From positions 288,001 through 352,000 of the forward strand of contig CAWAIF010000003.1 of NCBI GenBank assembly GCA_963782055.1: 64,000 nt of DNA. Direction: 5' to 3'. Position numbers and translations under genes: made by a program. Within the stretch, counting starts at the first letter, position 1, and each line of letters begins with the position of its first letter. This document shows, piece after piece, positions 58,963 to 64,000 of this stretch. The notes beneath the pieces were generated by a model. The model searched no databases. It was not told the origin of the DNA and saw only the letters and a program-made list of their open reading frames with translations. The DNA is from an uncultured delta proteobacterium. GTDB lineage: Bacteria > Myxococcota_A > Polyangia > Polyangiales > Polyangiaceae.

Positions 58963-58996
58963 TAGGAACTATTGAACTGAAGTCAATAAGGTCCTA
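58963..58996. promoter_or_regulatory. Candidate TetR operator palindrome
   Basis: TATTGA-N7-TCAATA (58970-58988) with flanking TAGGA/TCCTA arms, in the AT-rich 58-bp gap between the divergent hydrolase and tetR genes. Confidence 0.6.
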
Positions 58997-59007
58997 GGCT
59001 GAAAATC

Positions 59008-59655
59008 GTGACGACCAGGACACCCGCCCGCGGCCGCCCCGCGCCGCGCACCAAGCCGAAGGCCCGCCCGCGCGAGCGATTGCTCACCGCCGACCGTCGC
59101 GCGCAGCTCATCGCGCTGGGGCTGGAGGCGTTCGGCGTGCGCCCGTACGACGAGGTCTCCATCGACGACCTCGCCCGCGAGGCGAGCATCTCCAAGGGCC
59201 TGCTCTACCACTACTTCCCCACCAAGCGAGACTTCTACGTCGCCGCGCTCCGCGAGGCGGCGCGGCAGCTCCTCGCCGAGACGGCGAGCGACCCGCGCGA
59301 CGAGCCGCTGGTGCGCGCACGCAAGGGGCTCGCGGCGTACCTCGCCTTCGTCGAGCGGCACGGCCCGGCGTACGCGGCGCTCATGCGCGGCGGTATCGGG
59401 TCCGACGAGGAGGTGTCCGGTGTCATCCAGGCCACGCGCGCCGCGCTCGTCGAGCGCATCCTGAGCGAGCCGCACGGCGCCCAGGTGCCGGGCACGCCGG
59501 CGGTGCGCCTGGCGCTCTTCGGGTGGGTCGGCTTCGTGGAGGCGACGGCGCTGCAGTGGCTGGAGGCGCGCGCCGTCTCGCGGGAGCGGCTGCTGGCGAT
59601 GTGGGCGGAGATGCTCGTCCACGCCGTCGAGATGGCGGCGCGACCTCACCCCTGA
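59008..59655 (+). CDS. TetR/AcrR-family transcriptional regulator
   Basis: HTH 'VSIDDLAREASISKGLLYHYFPTK'. Confidence 0.92.
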   Translation: MTTRTPARGRPAPRTKPKARPRERLLTADRRAQLIALGLEAFGVRPYDEVSIDDLAREASISKGLLYHYFPTKRDFYVAALREAARQLLAETASDPRDEPLVRARKGLAAYLAFVERHGPAYAALMRGGIGSDEEVSGVIQATRAALVERILSEPHGAQVPGTPAVRLALFGWVGFVEATALQWLEARAVSRERLLAMWAEMLVHAVEMAARPHP

Positions 59656-59699
59656 CGAGAGGGCCACCGGTTACAGGAAAAGCCGAGCTTCGAGCGCGC

Positions 59700-61619
59700 T
59701 CAGTGGAGGTGCGCGGCGGTGCGCGGGCCCTTGTCCTTCTTCTTCGGGGGCTTGCCCGGCGCGTTCGCCGTCGCCGCCGGCGCGGTCGCAGTGGCGGCGC
59801 TCAGCGCGGCGACGACCGTCGACGCCACCGCGGCGGGGGTCACCGTCGTCGTGGCCGCGGTCGGCTTGGTGGTCGTCGCGGACGTCGTCTTCGATGCGGG
59901 CGGCGGCGGGTTGGCCGCGGCGTGCGTCGCCGCCTCCGCCGTCGTCGTCGCCACCGCCGCCGCGCTCCCGAGCGGGGCCTCGTCCGCGGTGGCGCCCTGC
60001 GCCGGCGTGCTCGCCGTCGCCGTGGTCGTGGTCGAAGTCCCCGTGGCCGCCGCGATCGTCTCCGGCCCGGCGGCCGGAGCCCCGCCGTGCCCCAGGTAGC
60101 GAAGGCCGAGGAACGCCGCCGCGGTGCCGGCGAGTCCGAGCGCCCCCAGCGCGACGAGCACCCACAGCAGGGGGCTTCGCTTGCGCGCGGGCGGCGGCAG
60201 GGCGCGCTGGACGACCGGCAGCGGGCTCTGCGCCGCGGCCGCGGGCGGGTAGGGCATCGACGGCGGCGGGGTGTCGGCGGGAAGGGGCGCGGTGCGTATC
60301 GAGACGGGCGCCGTCACGGGTGCCGCCGCCTGCGGCGCGGGCGGGCTCACCGCCATGGCCACCGTCCGCTGGGGCATCACCGGCGCTGCGGGCTGCTGCT
60401 CGGTGGCCTGCGCGACCGCCGGCGCCACCACAGGTGCGGTGGCCACGGGCGCGGTGGGCTGCGACGGCACCGCCGCCGTCGGCGAGCGCATCGTCGCGTC
60501 CTGCATCGGCATGCGCTGGCCCTCCGGCGCTGCGGACACCCGGTCGGTGATCGTCGCGCCGGTGGGCGGGCGGGCCATCGGCGTGCGCGCGGCCGTCGCC
60601 GCGGTGGCCGGACGCGGGGGCGCCGGCCGCTGCGCCGCGGTGGCGGCGGTGGGCGTGCCGCCCGCGTGCGGCGCAGGGCGCGTCGGCGCGGCGCTCGCCG
60701 TCGGCGCGCCCTCGAGCGACGTCGGCCTCGCGAAGGGCGCGAGCGCCTCCGCCATCTCCTCCGGGCTGGTGAAGCGTTCTTGCGGGGGCTTGGAGAGCGC
60801 GCGGTCGACGATCGCCGCGAGCCCGGTGTCGATGTCCTGCCGCACCACCGCCAGCGGGACCGGCTTCTCGGTGAGGATGGCCTTGAGCAGCGCGGGCGTC
60901 GTCGGCTGATCGAAGGGCTTGCGGCCGGCGAGCGCGAAGTACATGCACGCGCCCACCGAGTAGAGGTCCGCGCGGCCGTCGACGGGATCCCCGCACGCCT
61001 GCTCCGGCGCCATGTACGAGAGGGTGCCGACCACGAAGCCGGACCGGGTGAGCTTGTCCTTGTCCTCACCGCCGAGGAGCTTCGCCACGCCGAAGTCCAG
61101 CACCTTCACGATGTCGGCCTGCACGCTGGTGCGGGAGAGGAAGACGTTGTCCGGCTTCACGTCGCGATGCACGATGCTCGCCTTGTGGGCCGCGCCGAGC
61201 GCGGAGAGCATCTGCATGGCGATGTACGCCACGCGCTCGGGCGGGAGGCGCGGCGAGCGCTTGAGCAGATCGCGCAGGCTCTCGCCCTGCAGCAGCTCCA
61301 TCACGATGAAGGGCGGCTCGCCGGGGTTGGTCTGGAAGTCGTTGATCTGCACCACGTTGGGGTGGCCGAGCGTCGCCACCGCGCGGGCCTCGCGCTCGAA
61401 GCGGGCGAGCAGCTCGGCGTCGCCGGCGAGGTGGGCGTGGAGCACCTTCAGCGCGACCTTGCGGTTGATGCCCTCCTGCACGCCGTCGTAGACGGCGCCC
61501 ATCCCGCCGGAGCCCAGCAGCTTGCCGACGCGGTAGCGTCCGCCGAGCAGGGTACCGGTGAGCTGCTCCGGGTTGGACACGTCCTCCACCTTACCCGATC
61601 GCCCCGCTCCGTCGGTCAT
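59700..61619 (-). CDS. Ser/Thr protein kinase with Pro/Ala/Thr linker, TM and Thr/Ala-rich extracellular tail
   Basis: 'LGSGGMGAVY', 'VALK', 'HRDVKPDN', 'DFGVAK', 'GTLSYMAPE'. Confidence 0.92.
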   Translation of the reverse strand: MTDGAGRSGKVEDVSNPEQLTGTLLGGRYRVGKLLGSGGMGAVYDGVQEGINRKVALKVLHAHLAGDAELLARFEREARAVATLGHPNVVQINDFQTNPGEPPFIVMELLQGESLRDLLKRSPRLPPERVAYIAMQMLSALGAAHKASIVHRDVKPDNVFLSRTSVQADIVKVLDFGVAKLLGGEDKDKLTRSGFVVGTLSYMAPEQACGDPVDGRADLYSVGACMYFALAGRKPFDQPTTPALLKAILTEKPVPLAVVRQDIDTGLAAIVDRALSKPPQERFTSPEEMAEALAPFARPTSLEGAPTASAAPTRPAPHAGGTPTAATAAQRPAPPRPATAATAARTPMARPPTGATITDRVSAAPEGQRMPMQDATMRSPTAAVPSQPTAPVATAPVVAPAVAQATEQQPAAPVMPQRTVAMAVSPPAPQAAAPVTAPVSIRTAPLPADTPPPSMPYPPAAAAQSPLPVVQRALPPPARKRSPLLWVLVALGALGLAGTAAAFLGLRYLGHGGAPAAGPETIAAATGTSTTTTATASTPAQGATADEAPLGSAAAVATTTAEAATHAAANPPPPASKTTSATTTKPTAATTTVTPAAVASTVVAALSAATATAPAATANAPGKPPKKKDKGPRTAAHLH

Positions 61620-64000
61620 TCGATGGTGACGGCCGTGCCCCCCGCGATCTTCAACAAAATCGTCGCGCCCTGGGTCATGTAGGCGCTGGCGGCGGAGGCG
61701 CGCACGTCCGCCTCGGTGGCCAGCGGCGCGAGCGTCGTGCCCCCGGCGGTCACCTTGCCGACGGCCGCGCCCTTCGCGCGCGAGCGGAGGTCGAGCGTGG
61801 CGACCACCGACGAGGCGCGGGATCCCGGCGTGAAGGTGAGCGTCGTCGCCTGCGCGTCGTCCTGCACGTCCAGCGCGGCCCCGTCATCCCACGCCGCGTG
61901 CGCCGCGCCCTGCACCCAGCCGGTGGCGTCGACGCTGTCGGCGCGGTCCTGCGCGCTCACCACGGTGCCGGCGGTCTCCGGGACGAGCGTCTGCACGTCC
62001 GCCTGCAGCATGGGCACCAGCGCGCCGGCCCGGGCGAAGAGCGGCGGCTCGCCGAGCGGCGCGGGCGCGGTGATGTCCGCCGGGCCGTCGGTGACGGTGC
62101 CGTCCCACCACGAGATCCACCGCCCCGGCGGCAGGTGCACCGCGCGGGAGGTGACGCCCGCGGTGACGACCGGCGCGACCAGCAGGTCCGGTCCGAGCAG
62201 GTACTCGTCGTCGGCGTGCGCGCGCGCGGCCACGTCGTCGGGGTAGGCGAGCGGCAGCGGGCGGATGGTGGGCGTGCCGGCGGTCTCGGCGGCGGAGAGC
62301 AGCCACGAGAGGTACGGCTCCAGGCGGGTGTGGAGCGTCGCGAGACGCGTGTAGTCTGCAACTGTCTCGTCGTCGTAGACCCATGGCGCGTGGGTGTCGC
62401 CGCCGCCGCCGAGCTGCATGATCACGCTGAGCGCGGTGTGCTCCGACCAGCGGATGAGCGCCTCCTTGCCCGGCGCGCCGTGGCGGTAGCCGCCGGTGTC
62501 CGACCCGAAGGACGGAAAGCCGCTGACCGCGAGCGACTGCGCGTCCACCACGACCGCGGGCAGGCCGCCCACGTAGCCGGTCCCGGAGCCGGTGGGGTCG
62601 CCGTGCTTCTCGAAGCCGTTGTCGAGGTCGCCGGGCCAGATGATGTCGGCCTGCGCGGCGCCGCCCCAGCTCGACGCGCGAACGATGAGGAAGCCGCCCC
62701 CGGCCTTGTCGAGCGCCTGGTGGTACGCGGCGTCGAAGGCGAGCGGGTAGGCGCGGGCCTGCCGGTCGGTGGTCCCGTCGTTGAAGGCGATGCCGAGGCG
62801 CGCGCCGAAGAGGTCGGCGATGATGTCCTCGCCGTAGTCCAGCTTGAACCCGCGGATGCCCGCGTCCACCGCCCGCGAGGCCACGTTCGCCCAGAAGTCA
62901 CGGCCCGCCGCGGTGGTGAAGTCGAGCATGCCGAACTGCGACTTGGAGTTGAAGCCCGGGGCGGCGAAGAGCTCGCCGCTCTTCAGCTTGACCAGGACGC
63001 CGGCGTCCGCCGCCTGCGTGTACAGGGCGCGCGCCGGGTCGTCCGGTCCGGTGCCCGGCTTCTCCAGGTAGGGCGTGGACCACGCGGACACCCGGTAGCC
63101 CAGCGCAGAGAGCTGACCCATCATCGAGGCCGGGTCGGAAAACCGCGGGTCGAAGCGGAAGTCGTTGTAGGAAGTCTGCCAGGGGTTGTCGATCCAGAGC
63201 GTCGTCGTCGGGATGTGGCGGACGCGCAGCTCCGCCGCGTCGCCGAGGAGCTGCTGGCCGCTCACCCACTCGTTGCGCCAGTACATGGGCCCGAGCGCCC
63301 AGCGCGGGAGCGGCCGCGGGAGCCCCGCCTTCTTCGTGAACGCGGAGACCACCGCCAGCGGGTCGCGGTCGAAGAAGAAGTAGAGGTCGGCCGTCTTGCC
63401 CTCGAAGGTGGCGGTGACGGCCGCGGCGTCGGTGGCCGCGACGTCGAACGCGCCGGACTCGCGCGTGGGCCAGAAGACGCCGTAGCCCCTGGACGAGACC
63501 AGGAAGGGGACGGGGACGTGCGCCTCGTTGGTGCCCGACTCGCTGTTGGCGTCGATCTCCATCTGCATCGGGACGATCTCGCCGCGCGGGCTCACGTGGC
63601 CGAAGCGCTCGCCCAGTCCGGCGTAGAAGCCGTCGTCGGAGGCGAGGGCGAGGGCGACGAGCGCGGTGGGCATGCCGTCGTCGGCGGTCTGCACGTGGAG
63701 CACGCCCGGCGCGGGGCTCTCGAAGGTGATCGATCCGTCCGCGATCGGGTCGAAGGTGACGCCGTCCAGCCGCTTGGGATCGTGCCAGCCGTCGGGGTCG
63801 TCGGGGTCGACGTCGCGGGAGAGCAGCGCGCGCCCGGGGGCGCTCTTCAGGATGGGCACGCCGTCACGCGTGACGACGAAGGTCCCGTCGGCGCCCAGGG
63901 ACGCGACGGTGCCGTCGCCCAGGTCCACCGTACGGGGAGGTGGCTGTGCGGGCGGCGCCGAGTCGCTGCAAGAGAGCACCGCCGCGACCGCGGCCACGAG
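61616..64000 (-). CDS. Glycoside hydrolase family 31 lipoprotein (5' end outside the window)
   Basis: 'LSC' lipobox-like sequence, 'GLGERF', 'WIDNPW', nucleophile in 'GFKLDYGE', acid/base in 'WPGD', 'GSDTGGY', 'YLLGPDLLVAPV'. Confidence 0.88.
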   Translation of the reverse strand, partial: LVAAVAAVLSCSDSAPPAQPPPRTVDLGDGTVASLGADGTFVVTRDGVPILKSAPGRALLSRDVDPDDPDGWHDPKRLDGVTFDPIADGSITFESPAPGVLHVQTADDGMPTALVALALASDDGFYAGLGERFGHVSPRGEIVPMQMEIDANSESGTNEAHVPVPFLVSSRGYGVFWPTRESGAFDVAATDAAAVTATFEGKTADLYFFFDRDPLAVVSAFTKKAGLPRPLPRWALGPMYWRNEWVSGQQLLGDAAELRVRHIPTTTLWIDNPWQTSYNDFRFDPRFSDPASMMGQLSALGYRVSAWSTPYLEKPGTGPDDPARALYTQAADAGVLVKLKSGELFAAPGFNSKSQFGMLDFTTAAGRDFWANVASRAVDAGIRGFKLDYGEDIIADLFGARLGIAFNDGTTDRQARAYPLAFDAAYHQALDKAGGGFLIVRASSWGGAAQADIIWPGDLDNGFEKHGDPTGSGTGYVGGLPAVVVDAQSLAVSGFPSFGSDTGGYRHGAPGKEALIRWSEHTALSVIMQLGGGGDTHAPWVYDDETVADYTRLATLHTRLEPYLSWLLSAAETAGTPTIRPLPLAYPDDVAARAHADDEYLLGPDLLVAPVVTAGVTSRAVHLPPGRWISWWDGTVTDGPADITAPAPLGEPPLFARAGALVPMLQADVQTLVPETAGTVVSAQDRADSVDATGWVQGAAHAAWDDGAALDVQDDAQATTLTFTPGSRASSVVATLDLRSRAKGAAVGKVTAGGTTLAPLATEADVRASAASAYMTQGATILLKIAGGTAVTIE

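Overview
Very GC-rich, gene-dense bacterial chromosomal DNA. The gene content points to a myxobacterium (Myxococcota, probably Polyangiales; inferred): four Hanks-type Ser/Thr kinases, a PP2C phosphatase, a GYF_2 proline-rich protein, Cys-rich lipoproteins and a 4049-aa TPR protein. About 52 genes can be called. I saw no rRNA, tRNA, CRISPR array, transposase or prophage. The best candidate for an undescribed system is the glycosylation locus at 1-13241. It holds a complete GDP-D-glycero-D-manno-heptose-type pathway (transaldolase, GmhA, HddA, GmhB, HddC-like), an NDP-sugar epimerase, a Dpm1-like GT2, three SAM methyltransferases and two GT-C-fold membrane proteins, one clearly resembling eukaryotic TMTC protein O-mannosyltransferases. 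Also notable: an ECF sigma/zinc anti-sigma operon ending in an STN + beta-helix + multipass membrane protein; a TTGAC-N2-GTCAA palindrome written in rare codons inside both gluQ and priA; two +1 frameshifts (kinase and LysM genes); a catalytically dead HtrA-like protein; and glyQ without an adjacent glyS. All family calls come from motif recognition by eye; no database searches were run.
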